From NCBI GenBank assembly GCA_016214285.1, contig JACROV010000079.1:6855-70854 (forward strand): 64,000 bases of DNA. The letters run 5' to 3'. Source of the DNA: Candidatus Omnitrophota bacterium (GTDB lineage: Bacteria > Omnitrophota > Gorgyraeia > Zapsychrales > Zapsychraceae). Made by a program: the position numbers and the translations under genes. The notes under the pieces are model-generated. The model was not told where the DNA came from, searched no databases, and saw nothing but the letters and a program-made list of their open reading frames with translations. Every line of letters begins with the position of its first letter. The stretch's first letter is position 1. Of the stretch, positions 49,420 to 59,058 are shown piece by piece.

Positions 49420-50607
49420 ATGAAGAATCGGACCGTGGCCATTAGTGACCTTTGTCAACAAATTCGAGGAGTCTCCTATAAAGGAGGGGAAGCAATCGAT
49501 ACTCCCCGAGATGGTTATTTGCCAATTTTAAGAGCGAATAATATTTGCGATGGAGAAATCTCTTATGATGATTTAGTGTTCGTGCCTCAAAAGTATGTTA
49601 GCAAGACGCAGGTTTTACAGAAGAACGATGTTGTTATCGCGGCATCGAGCGGAAGTCTCGAAATTGTCGGTAAAGCTGCTCAAATTAAAGGTGAATTCAA
49701 AGGAAGTTTTGGGGCTTTCTGTAAAGTTTTAAGGCCCAATTCAGATGTTGACTCTGCGTATTTCTCCTATTTTTTCAAAACGCCGTTTTATAGACATACA
49801 ATTTCACATCTTGCGGCAGGGGCAAATATTAATAATCTTAGGAATGAACATCTTGATAATTTGAAGATTCCTTTACCTTCTTTTGAAATTCAAAGAAAGA
49901 ATGTGGCATTTTTGTCGAAGGCTGAATCCGCTCTCGAAAAACGCCGCCAGACCCTGCGCCTGGCCGACGAATTCCTCAAATCCGTGTTTTTGGAGATGTT
50001 CGGGGAGCCGGGAGCCAATTTAAAGGATTTTAAAACCAGTCCCATTAGAGATTTGGTTAAAAAAGTTATTAACGAGGACCCCCCGCGATACCCGGCCAAG
50101 AGTTATTCTTACGTGGATATTTCATCTATAGATAATCAATTAAAGAAGATAACTGAAACTAAGCAGATTCTAGGGGAGGATGCGCCTGGCAGGGCAAGAC
50201 AACTTTTACAAGCACAAGATATTCTGGTTTCAACAGTGCGCCCGAATCTAAATGCTGTTGGCGTTTTACCAGATGGGTTAAGCAACCCTATAGGATCAAC
50301 GGGGTTCTGCGTATTGCGGGCCAATAGGGAGCTTGTCCTGCCAGAGTATTTATTTGAAATTTGTAAGACGTCTTTTTTTATTAAATCTTTAGTCAATGTT
50401 GCAAAAGGAGCCAGTTATCCGGCTGTCAGCGATAATGATATTTTAAGACTATCAATACCAGTGCCGTCTTTGCCTGAACAGCAAAAATTCGCCGAGCTTG
50501 TCCAGAAAGTCGAGAAACTCAAAGAAAAACAAAAACAATCCGAAACCCAACTCCAAAACCTCTTTAACTCCCTCATGCAAAGGGCGTTTAGGGGGGACAT
50601 ATTATGA
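49420..50607 (+). CDS. hsdS: Type I R-M specificity subunit S
   Basis: Two TRDs, each followed by an IPLP/VPSLPEQ conserved region. C-terminal SLMQRAFRG. Confidence 0.93.
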   Translation: MKNRTVAISDLCQQIRGVSYKGGEAIDTPRDGYLPILRANNICDGEISYDDLVFVPQKYVSKTQVLQKNDVVIAASSGSLEIVGKAAQIKGEFKGSFGAFCKVLRPNSDVDSAYFSYFFKTPFYRHTISHLAAGANINNLRNEHLDNLKIPLPSFEIQRKNVAFLSKAESALEKRRQTLRLADEFLKSVFLEMFGEPGANLKDFKTSPIRDLVKKVINEDPPRYPAKSYSYVDISSIDNQLKKITETKQILGEDAPGRARQLLQAQDILVSTVRPNLNAVGVLPDGLSNPIGSTGFCVLRANRELVLPEYLFEICKTSFFIKSLVNVAKGASYPAVSDNDILRLSIPVPSLPEQQKFAELVQKVEKLKEKQKQSETQLQNLFNSLMQRAFRGDIL

Positions 50608-51614
50608 AAAAAGTGTTTGTATTGGGGGCTGGTACAAGTCGTGATTTTGGGTTCCCATCGGGCATTGAGTTGATGAAGGAAATACATTCGTCCTGGGAGC
50701 ATCCCGATGAGATTGCTATTAATAATTATGTAAATATTATGGAGAAGTTAAAAAAAGAATTTCGATCTCATCCGAATCGAATCGCTGTGGAGAAAATCAA
50801 GAAATTATCGTATAGGTTTTATTTATCGGGTGCCGATTCTGACTTTTTAAGTCAATGCAAAGATGAGGTTGACCTTCAATTTGGAAGACTGACCATTTTG
50901 AATGCAATTCTTAAAAAGGAACAAAAGACGAAACAGTTTGGCGATGGTACACTTTTCAAGTGGGAAGAGAACTGGTTGAGGGTTTTGTTTGGAGAGGAGT
51001 TTCGTTTCGAAAATGTTGAACAATTAAAAAAGAAGTTAGAAACAGAGCAATTTTATTTTGTGATATTCAATTACGATCGCTGTGTGGAACATTTTTTATA
51101 TACGGCCATTCAAAATTATTACGATTTAAAAGGTGAAGACACAAAAGACATTATTAATAAAATGCGCTTTTATCATGTGTATGGACAGCTGGCTCCTTTG
51201 GAGTGGCAGCCAGAAGGCAATCCTATTAGATTCGGGGATGCTTTTGAAGGTGTATTCGATGACTTGTATCGTTTCGTTCCCAATATTAAGATTGTCAATG
51301 AAGACAGAGGTGACGTCGAGGACATCAGACATAAAATTGGCGCGCAAATCAGAGATGCCGGGAAAGTATATATTTTGGGGTTTGGTTTTCAGGATCCAAA
51401 TTGGAAGCTGCTCGGGATTGATGAATATAAAAAACATCGTGCCAATGGATTGCCTTGGTCAGCCGGCAAGTTTCACTACACGAATTTTGGTTTAAGCAAA
51501 CGACGTAGGGAACATATTCGGGGAAAACTATTTGGTCTCATATCCAATGGCACCGATTCGGCGAGATCATACGATTCGACGGTTTATGAATTCATGCATC
51601 ACGATTATACGTGA
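50604..51614 (+). CDS. SIR2-like (SIR2_2/AbiH-like) protein, putative defence effector
   Basis: FVLGAGTS..G.P, FNYDR..E, HVYG, ILGFGF. Low GC. Confidence 0.7.
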   Translation: MKKVFVLGAGTSRDFGFPSGIELMKEIHSSWEHPDEIAINNYVNIMEKLKKEFRSHPNRIAVEKIKKLSYRFYLSGADSDFLSQCKDEVDLQFGRLTILNAILKKEQKTKQFGDGTLFKWEENWLRVLFGEEFRFENVEQLKKKLETEQFYFVIFNYDRCVEHFLYTAIQNYYDLKGEDTKDIINKMRFYHVYGQLAPLEWQPEGNPIRFGDAFEGVFDDLYRFVPNIKIVNEDRGDVEDIRHKIGAQIRDAGKVYILGFGFQDPNWKLLGIDEYKKHRANGLPWSAGKFHYTNFGLSKRRREHIRGKLFGLISNGTDSARSYDSTVYEFMHHDYT

Positions 51615-51662
51615 TATTCAGGTCAGACCTCATACAAAGGGCGTTTAGGGGAGAAATATAAG

Positions 51663-52430
51663 ATGACTCTTCTGATTAGCCGAATCATTTTAACGCTGGT
51701 AATAGTCTATGTTACATATTTAATATGGACTTCGAATGTCGATCTGGTTTTGTGGTCTAAGAATGCGATTCGCGGGTGGTTGCCAATCAATAAGGAATTC
51801 CCAGAGAGTGTAAAAACAGAGCAAAGCCCCGAGATGATTAAAACATTAAGGGATAATGCAATGTGGTCTGTGGAAGGGTTTCAACAAGGGGATCGAAGGA
51901 GTTACCTAACATTGTTATCATGGGCAAGTAACCCAAAGGATACTGTAACAAAGAATTTGATTATATCTGCAATAGAAGAAATTAAAGACGTTTACGGGCA
52001 AACTGATGTTATGAGACAGCATATTGAACCAGTCCGCAACCCCCATCGTTGGTGGATTTGTAAAGAAAGCATCCCTTCTTGCCATGATGGATTTGAAGAA
52101 CCAACAGGTTACAAAGCACAAAATATAATTAACCACCTTGCAAGAAAGTTGTGGCAAGAACGCGGAAGGGCCGCCAGTATTTTAAGAAATATCAAGACGG
52201 CTTCGGATAAAGATCGGATTAATGAGGATGCCACTATTAAAGAACAACTTTTCGATAAGCTTATAGAGCGTCTGAATCTCGAGAAGGAAAATAGCCTGTT
52301 TGTTGCTAAAATGGCGTTTGAGACATATAAAGATTTGACCGGATTTTCGTCGGACGGCGTTTTTGATTTCGCGGGCGCGATCAAAGACTGGGAAACGCGA
52401 AAAGAGAAAATTTTAAGAATGAATTTTTGA
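51663..52430 (+). CDS. Hypothetical protein with N-terminal membrane anchor
   Basis: 255-aa low-GC ORF with an RBS and no recognisable motif. Confidence 0.6.
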   Translation: MTLLISRIILTLVIVYVTYLIWTSNVDLVLWSKNAIRGWLPINKEFPESVKTEQSPEMIKTLRDNAMWSVEGFQQGDRRSYLTLLSWASNPKDTVTKNLIISAIEEIKDVYGQTDVMRQHIEPVRNPHRWWICKESIPSCHDGFEEPTGYKAQNIINHLARKLWQERGRAASILRNIKTASDKDRINEDATIKEQLFDKLIERLNLEKENSLFVAKMAFETYKDLTGFSSDGVFDFAGAIKDWETRKEKILRMNF

Positions 52431-52441
52431 AAATATTTATT

Positions 52442-52897
52442 ATGGAAGATAAATCTGGGAAAATCATCATCACGCGCAGGATGTGGCAGCTTTTGGCCGC
52501 CGCGGGGGTTGTCCTGTTGACCATTTTGGTCACGTATTATCCCTTGAACCCGCGTTACGGGCTGTGGGTGGGCGGGCAAATCTTCTTTATAGTTTTTGCC
52601 CTGGCCTATTTGCGAGAAGAAAGGAGGGCGACGCGATCGCCGGATTCCAACGCGGTCATCAACTGGAATCTGATCGAAGCGGGTTTGCTTTTAGCGAGCA
52701 TCTTAGGATATTCTGTTCTGGCTTATGTCTGTCACTTTAGCAGGGAAGTTTTTTATGCCTATTTTTATACCGGCGCGTTGGGATTGCTGGGCGGAGTGGC
52801 GCTGGGCGAATGGTTGTGGCAGAATACCAGGTTAAAGGAACTTGATGAGACTTGCCGCCAACGGTATTGGGCAAATTATAAGGATTCAATTCTTTGA
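52442..52897 (+). CDS. Hypothetical four-TM membrane protein
   Basis: Four hydrophobic segments. First ATG at 52442. Confidence 0.6.
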   Translation: MEDKSGKIIITRRMWQLLAAAGVVLLTILVTYYPLNPRYGLWVGGQIFFIVFALAYLREERRATRSPDSNAVINWNLIEAGLLLASILGYSVLAYVCHFSREVFYAYFYTGALGLLGGVALGEWLWQNTRLKELDETCRQRYWANYKDSIL

Positions 52898-53028
52898 TCG
52901 TCCACGATAGTGTTCCATTATTGCAATTGTATCGACGTATGATACAATGAGAAACATTTAAGAGGAGTTTCCGGTTATCCGGATAACCGGTTACCCGGAT
53001 CTCCGGAGCGGGTGGGAAAACAGTCACT

Positions 53029-54124
53029 ATGTCCGACGATATTACCAGAAGAATTGACGCGATAGATGCGCAGCTCAAGCATCTGAGGGGGTTTCTTTGA
53101 CCTGCCGCAGAAGGAGGAGTCCATCCGTTCCATCCAGGAGCGGATGTCGGAGGCGAATTTTTGGGACAATCCCGGCCAGGCCAACAAGATCATGCGCGAG
53201 TTGAAGTACCTGAAAAGCTGCGTTGAACCCTTCGATCAGAGCACCAAACGGCTGGAAGATATCCGTGAATTAACCGTTCTTTCCAAGGATGACCCGGAAT
53301 TTTTGAATCATGTGCAGGAAGAATTGGCCCAGCTAGAATCCGAGGTCAACAAGCTTGAACTTCAGAGTATCCTTTCGGGACAGTTCGACGCCAATAACGC
53401 GATCCTGAGCATCAACGCGGGCGCGGGCGGGACCGAATCCTGTGACTGGGCGAATATGCTGCTGCGCATGTACACCCGCTGGGCGGAAGACAACAACTGC
53501 AAGGTCAAAGTGCTGGATATCCTCGCCGGTGAAGGGGCAGGGATCAAAAACGCGACGTTGAGCATCGAAGGCGAGATGGTCTATGGTTATTTAAAGGGTG
53601 AAAAAGGCGTGCACCGTCTGGTGCGTATTTCGCCTTTTGATGCCAACAAAAGACGGCATACCTCGTTCGCTTCCGTGGATGTCATTCCTGAGATCGAAGA
53701 AGACATTGACATCGAAATAAACCCGGGCGACCTGCGCATTGATATCTTTCGTTCCTCCGGACCCGGCGGGCAAAGTGTCAACACGACCGACTCCGCGGTG
53801 CGCATGACGCATTTACCGACGGGAATTGTCGTCCAATGCCAGAATGAACGCTCGCAGTTGCAAAACCGGCAAGTGGCCATGAAAATTTTGCGGGCCAGAT
53901 TGTATGAATTAAAGCGCCGCGAGCAGGACGAGCGCATGGCCCAGGAATACGGCGAGAAACAAAAGATCGAATGGGGCAGCCAGATCCGTTCCTACGTCAT
54001 GCATCCCTACACGATGGTCAAAGACCACCGCACCGACGTGGAAACCGGGAACGTCACCAAAGTGATGGATGGGGATTTGAGGATTTTTATAGAGGCGTAT
54101 TTGAAGGTGAAACCGGAGAAATAG
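53029..54124 (+). CDS. prfB: Peptide chain release factor 2 with programmed +1 frameshift
   Basis: A 23-codon first frame ends AGGGGG-TTT-CTT-TGA-C (stop 53098-53100). The +1 frame continues into the ORF carrying the SPF and GGQ motifs. Confidence 0.96.
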
Positions 54125-54227
54125 TGGTAATAGTGGTAAAGTGATAAAGTGGTAAATGGTAAAAAAATAATTGGCTGAATTTTTTCCGTACTTTTTACCA
54201 CACTACCACTTTTACCACTTTACCGCT
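54120..54227. repeat. Intergenic hairpin of AGTGGTAA-type 8-9-nt repeats
   Basis: Five (a)gtggtaa units, then complementary ttaccac units. Confidence 0.7.
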
Positions 54228-54237
54228 GAGCAATGTT

Positions 54238-57200
54238 ATGTTTGATTTCTTAATCCGCAAACAAGTTATCCCCAGCGCCCAGCGGTTTATCGACCGTCTG
54301 GAGCCGAAGGTCGCGGTCCACGTGCCCATCGACCTGCCTTTGCCCTCCCTTAAAGTTCTCAAAACATTTTCCGCCACAGTTGCCAAAATAAACGCGCTGG
54401 AGAATCAGATGGCCGCGCTCACTTCCGAACAGTTGCGCGCCAAAACGGATGAATTCCGCGGCCGGTATCAGCAGATGATCACAAAGGAAAAAGAGGATCT
54501 GCGGCGGCTTGAAGATCTTTACTGGAAAGCTGTCACACCTGAAGAGAAAAATGATCTGCAGAATCAGGTCGACGCCGCCCGCAAGGGATTCCGTACCGCC
54601 AGAAAGAAAGTCCTGGATGGTATTTTGCCGGAAGCCTTCGCCGTGGCGCGCGAGACCGGCAAGCGCGTCTTGAACATGCGGCATTTTGACGTTCAGCTCA
54701 TCGGGGGGATGGTCCTCAACGAAGGCAATATCGCGGAAATGGCGACCGGTGAAGGGAAAACTCTGGTGGCAACGCTCCCCGCGTATTTGAACGCCTTGAC
54801 CGGCGACGGCGTCCACGTGGTGACGGTCAATGATTATCTGGCCGGCCGCGACCGCGCCTGGATGGGGCCGATCTACGAATTTTTGGGACTGACCGTCGGG
54901 GTCATTGAGCATGATATGGACCCCGCCAGCCGCCAGCAGGCCTACGGCTGTGATATCACTTACGGTACCAACAACGAATTCGGGTTCGATTATTTGCGCG
55001 ACAACATGGTCATCAGCCGCCAGGCCATGGTCCAGCGCGGGCATTATTTCGCTATCGTTGACGAGGTCGACAGCATCCTCATCGATGAGGCGCGCACGCC
55101 GCTTATCATCTCCGGCCCCGCGGAGGAATCCACGGACAAATATTACCGCGCCCATGAGATCAGCCGCCAGCTCCAGGGCAAACGCATCGCGGATGAAAGC
55201 CAGGAAAAGCTCAACGCGAAATACCGCGGCGAGGAAGAGGACCTGACCAAAGGGGTCGATTATGTGGCCGACGAGAAAACAAAAGCGGTCTCTCTTTCCG
55301 AAGCCGGTGAGGAAAAAGTGGCCAAACTTTTCGGCATCGCGAATATCCATGATATGGAAACCATCGAATACCGCCACCATATCCTGCAAGCGTTAAAGGC
55401 CAAAGAATTCTTTGCCAAGGACGTCGAATACGTCGTGCGCGACGGTGAGGTCCTCATCGTCGATGAATTTACCGGACGATTGATGCCCGGACGCCGCTGG
55501 TCCGACGGGCTGCACCAGGCCGTTGAGGCCAAGGAAGGCATCAAAATCGAGCGCGAGAACCAGACGCTGGCGACGATCACCTTCCAGAATTATTTTCGCA
55601 TGTATGAGAAACTCTCCGGCATGACCGGTACCGCGTACACCGAGGCCAACGAGTTCAAGCAGATCTATAGCCTCGATGTGGTGGCCATGCCCGCCAACCG
55701 TAAATTGCAGCGCGTCAATCACGCCGATTGCATCTATAAAACGATCAAGGAAAAGTTCAATGCCGTTGTCACCGAGATCGAAGAATTCCATAGGCGCGGC
55801 CAGCCGGTTCTGGTGGGTACCATCTCCATCGAGAAATCCGAAATGCTTTCGAAAATGCTCAAGCAAAAGGGGATCGCCCATCAGGTCTTGAACGCCAAAT
55901 ATCATGAGCGTGAAGCGCACATCATCGCGCAGGCCGGGCGGTACCAGGCCGTGACGATTGCCACCAATATGGCCGGACGCGGAACGGACATCATGCTCGG
56001 CGGCAATGCCGAACATCTGGCGAAAAGTCTGGCGGAAGAAAAGCTTGAAGATAAAGATGATCACGCGCAAAGGGACGAATTGACGCGCAAATTCATCGAG
56101 CAATTCCGTCAGCAGGTCAAGGACGAACATGAAAAGGTGGTGGCGACAGGAGGACTGCACGTCCTGGGCACCGAACGCCATGAGTCGCGCCGCATCGACA
56201 ACCAGCTGCGCGGCCGCCAGGGCCGCCAGGGCGATCCGGGTTCCTCACGATTTTATGTTTCCCTTGAAGATGATCTGATGCGGCTTTTTGCTTCAGACAA
56301 GATCATGGGGATCATGGATAAATTGGGCATGGAGGAAGGCCAGGTGCTCGAGCATCCGTGGCTGACCATGGCCATCGAGAACGCGCAAAAAAGGGTGGAG
56401 GCGCACAACTTCGAGATCCGCAAGCACCTGCTGGAATTCGACGATGTCATGAACCGTCAGCGCGAAGCGATCTACTCGATCCGCCGTTACGTCCTGGAAA
56501 GCAATGACGTCAAGCACCTGATGCTCGAATCCATCGAACAGATGGCCGCCGGTGTCGTCGCCGGCTATGTGGTCGCCGGAGAAGATGCCGGCTTCGACGC
56601 GGAAGGGTTGGATATTTATCTTAAAACGAAATTCCATTATGACCTGGGCGAACAAAAGAGCGCTCTGGCCGGGATGCCCCAGGAACAGATCCGGGGGTCG
56701 ATCTCCGAGGGTTTGCTGGCGTTGTATGAAACAAAAGAGAAAGACATCGGCGCGGAACAATTGCGCCAGATGGAACGGATGCTGTTGTTGCAGACCATCG
56801 ATACCAAATGGAAGGACCATCTCTACGCGATGGACCAGTTAAAGGAAGGCATCGGACTGCGTTCTTTCGCCCAGCGCGACCCGATCATTGAATATAAGCG
56901 CGAAGGCTTCGAGATGTTCCAGACGATGTATGATTCCATCCATCAGGAAGTCACGGAGATGATCTTCAGGATCCAGAAGGTCGATCCATCGGCGCGGATG
57001 AGAAGTGTTTTTGGTTCCGTCCCTCAAAAATTAGTCCACGATGAGGTTTCCAGCCTGTCTGCCGGGCAGGTCCTGTCAAAGGCGAAGCCTTATACGGGAC
57101 AGGCAGGTCTCCCGGGACAACGGCCGCCTGTTCCCTTCTCGATGCCGACGGGTCAGAATATTCCGGGAGAAAGACCTCCGCGGCCCCCGGCCCCGGCGCC

Positions 57201-57294
57201 CATCCATAAAACCGGGCCGAAGGTCGGGCGCAACGACCCGTGCCCTTGCGGCAGCGGCAAGAAATACAAAAAATGCTGCGGGCAGTCCGTCTAA
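54238..57294 (+). CDS. secA: Preprotein translocase subunit SecA
   Basis: [50 protein letters not shown] motif. Confidence 0.98.
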   Translation: MFDFLIRKQVIPSAQRFIDRLEPKVAVHVPIDLPLPSLKVLKTFSATVAKINALENQMAALTSEQLRAKTDEFRGRYQQMITKEKEDLRRLEDLYWKAVTPEEKNDLQNQVDAARKGFRTARKKVLDGILPEAFAVARETGKRVLNMRHFDVQLIGGMVLNEGNIAEMATGEGKTLVATLPAYLNALTGDGVHVVTVNDYLAGRDRAWMGPIYEFLGLTVGVIEHDMDPASRQQAYGCDITYGTNNEFGFDYLRDNMVISRQAMVQRGHYFAIVDEVDSILIDEARTPLIISGPAEESTDKYYRAHEISRQLQGKRIADESQEKLNAKYRGEEEDLTKGVDYVADEKTKAVSLSEAGEEKVAKLFGIANIHDMETIEYRHHILQALKAKEFFAKDVEYVVRDGEVLIVDEFTGRLMPGRRWSDGLHQAVEAKEGIKIERENQTLATITFQNYFRMYEKLSGMTGTAYTEANEFKQIYSLDVVAMPANRKLQRVNHADCIYKTIKEKFNAVVTEIEEFHRRGQPVLVGTISIEKSEMLSKMLKQKGIAHQVLNAKYHEREAHIIAQAGRYQAVTIATNMAGRGTDIMLGGNAEHLAKSLAEEKLEDKDDHAQRDELTRKFIEQFRQQVKDEHEKVVATGGLHVLGTERHESRRIDNQLRGRQGRQGDPGSSRFYVSLEDDLMRLFASDKIMGIMDKLGMEEGQVLEHPWLTMAIENAQKRVEAHNFEIRKHLLEFDDVMNRQREAIYSIRRYVLESNDVKHLMLESIEQMAAGVVAGYVVAGEDAGFDAEGLDIYLKTKFHYDLGEQKSALAGMPQEQIRGSISEGLLALYETKEKDIGAEQLRQMERMLLLQTIDTKWKDHLYAMDQLKEGIGLRSFAQRDPIIEYKREGFEMFQTMYDSIHQEVTEMIFRIQKVDPSARMRSVFGSVPQKLVHDEVSSLSAGQVLSKAKPYTGQAGLPGQRPPVPFSMPTGQNIPGERPPRPPAPAPIHKTGPKVGRNDPCPCGSGKKYKKCCGQSV

Positions 57295-57392
57295 ATTTTT
57301 CGAAGTATAAAAATTTTTCTTGACATATTTATTATTTTATGTAAATTAAATATAAAAGCTAATTTTATATCAATTCATAAATAGTACTAAAA

Positions 57393-58628
57393 ATGAATTC
57401 CCAGCAAATCAATCGTAAATTCGCCAATCCGTTCCGTCCAGGCGCAGGCCATATGCCGCCACATTTAGCTGGACGCGAAAAGGAAAAAGAAGAGTTTTTA
57501 AGGCTTATCGCACAAAGTACAATACTTGAAAATATGGTACTTACCGGATTGCGAGGTGTCGGTAAAACGGTACTACTTGATGAATTTAAACCAATGGCCA
57601 TTAACCAAGGTTGGTTTTGGGTTGGGACCGATCTTTCAGAGTCAGCCAGTATTAGTGAAGCTAATCTTGCTACACGGGTTCTGGCTGATTTGTCCGTTCT
57701 GACATCAAATATTATTATAGGCAAGAAACAGATTCCTCAGATGGGTTTTTCAAATCTTTCTACAGAGGTTGATACCAGAATGGGGTTCGATTTTTTATCC
57801 GCCCTATTTAACAGTACTCCGGGATTGATATCGGATAAATTAAAAAATGTTTTAGAAACAGTATGGAGTGTTTTAAAACAGACAAGCACAAAAGGATTAA
57901 TTTTCGCTTATGATGAGGCCCAAAATTTATCCGACCAACCCGCGAAAGATCAATATCCTCTTGGGATATTGCTGGATGTTTTTCAGTCTATACAAAAAAA
58001 GGATATCCCGTTTTTACTGGTTTTAACAGGTTTGCCAACATTATTTCCTAAGCTTGTGGAGTCCAGAACTTTTACGGAACGGATGTTTAGAGTGGTAGTC
58101 CTGAAACGTTTAAATGAAAAAGACAGCAAGGATGCTATATTAAAACCTGTCCAGAGCGCCCAATGTCCGATTAAATTGAGTGATGAATCTGTCAATTTAA
58201 TTGTGAAGCATTCGGGGGGGTATCCTTATTTTATACAGTTTATCTGCCGGGAAACATATGATGTTTTTCTCTCCAAAATTGCTTCGGGTGAGACACCCAC
58301 AGTTCCTGTTAATGAGATCACCCGAAAATTAGATACGGATTTTTTTGCTGGAAGGTGGGCGCGCGTAACTGATCGACAAAAAGAACTTCTATTCATTATT
58401 GCAAAACTTCCCAATAGCGAGGAGGAATTCTCTGTTCAGGATGTAGCTGAGAAGTCCAAAGAGATGATGGAACATCCATTTAGTCCAAGCCATGTTAACC
58501 AAATGCTTAGTTCCCTGAGCGACAATGGTTTAGTATATAAAAATCGTCATGGTAAATACTCATTAGCTGTTCCTCTTCTTAGTCAGTTTATATTACGGCA
58601 ACATGAACAGTCAGGAAGCGTAATATAG
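57393..58628 (+). CDS. AAA+ ATPase (AAA_16-like) with C-terminal wHTH
   Basis: NPFRPGAG..PP.LAGR, GLRGVGKT, YDEAQ, GYPYFIQ. Low GC. Confidence 0.82.
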   Translation: MNSQQINRKFANPFRPGAGHMPPHLAGREKEKEEFLRLIAQSTILENMVLTGLRGVGKTVLLDEFKPMAINQGWFWVGTDLSESASISEANLATRVLADLSVLTSNIIIGKKQIPQMGFSNLSTEVDTRMGFDFLSALFNSTPGLISDKLKNVLETVWSVLKQTSTKGLIFAYDEAQNLSDQPAKDQYPLGILLDVFQSIQKKDIPFLLVLTGLPTLFPKLVESRTFTERMFRVVVLKRLNEKDSKDAILKPVQSAQCPIKLSDESVNLIVKHSGGYPYFIQFICRETYDVFLSKIASGETPTVPVNEITRKLDTDFFAGRWARVTDRQKELLFIIAKLPNSEEEFSVQDVAEKSKEMMEHPFSPSHVNQMLSSLSDNGLVYKNRHGKYSLAVPLLSQFILRQHEQSGSVI

Positions 58629-58686
58629 TTTTTGAATGATTCCATACCCGTTGTTACGAATTTTAAAAGACAGCCGAGGTTTTTGA

Positions 58687-59013
58687 ATGGTTAGAAAATT
58701 CTCTGAAATAAAACGGATTCTGCGCGATTATAAAGCCGAACTCCGGGCGCATGGGATCCGCGTCAGGAAAATGGTCCTGTACGGTTCTTGCGCCAGAGGC
58801 AATCCCAGGTCTTATAGCGATATTGACGTGGTTGTTATTTCGCCGGATCTCGCCAAATTTTCCGCATTAAAACGTCAGGAATTCCTGGCGAAACATACCA
58901 TCCCGGTGGACGCGCCCCTTGAGGTCATCGGCTATACGCCCGCGGAACTCAATAAAGCAAAAGACAGCATATTCGGTCAAATTATCCGCGAGACGGGGAT
59001 TGTTTTCAATTAG
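58687..59013 (+). CDS. Minimal nucleotidyltransferase (MNT)
   Basis: LYGSCARG....SDIDVVVISPD. Confidence 0.85.
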   Translation: MVRKFSEIKRILRDYKAELRAHGIRVRKMVLYGSCARGNPRSYSDIDVVVISPDLAKFSALKRQEFLAKHTIPVDAPLEVIGYTPAELNKAKDSIFGQIIRETGIVFN

Positions 59014-59058
59014 TAGTACGCTCAATCCTTCAATGTGTTGCATCCTTAACCTCTGAAT

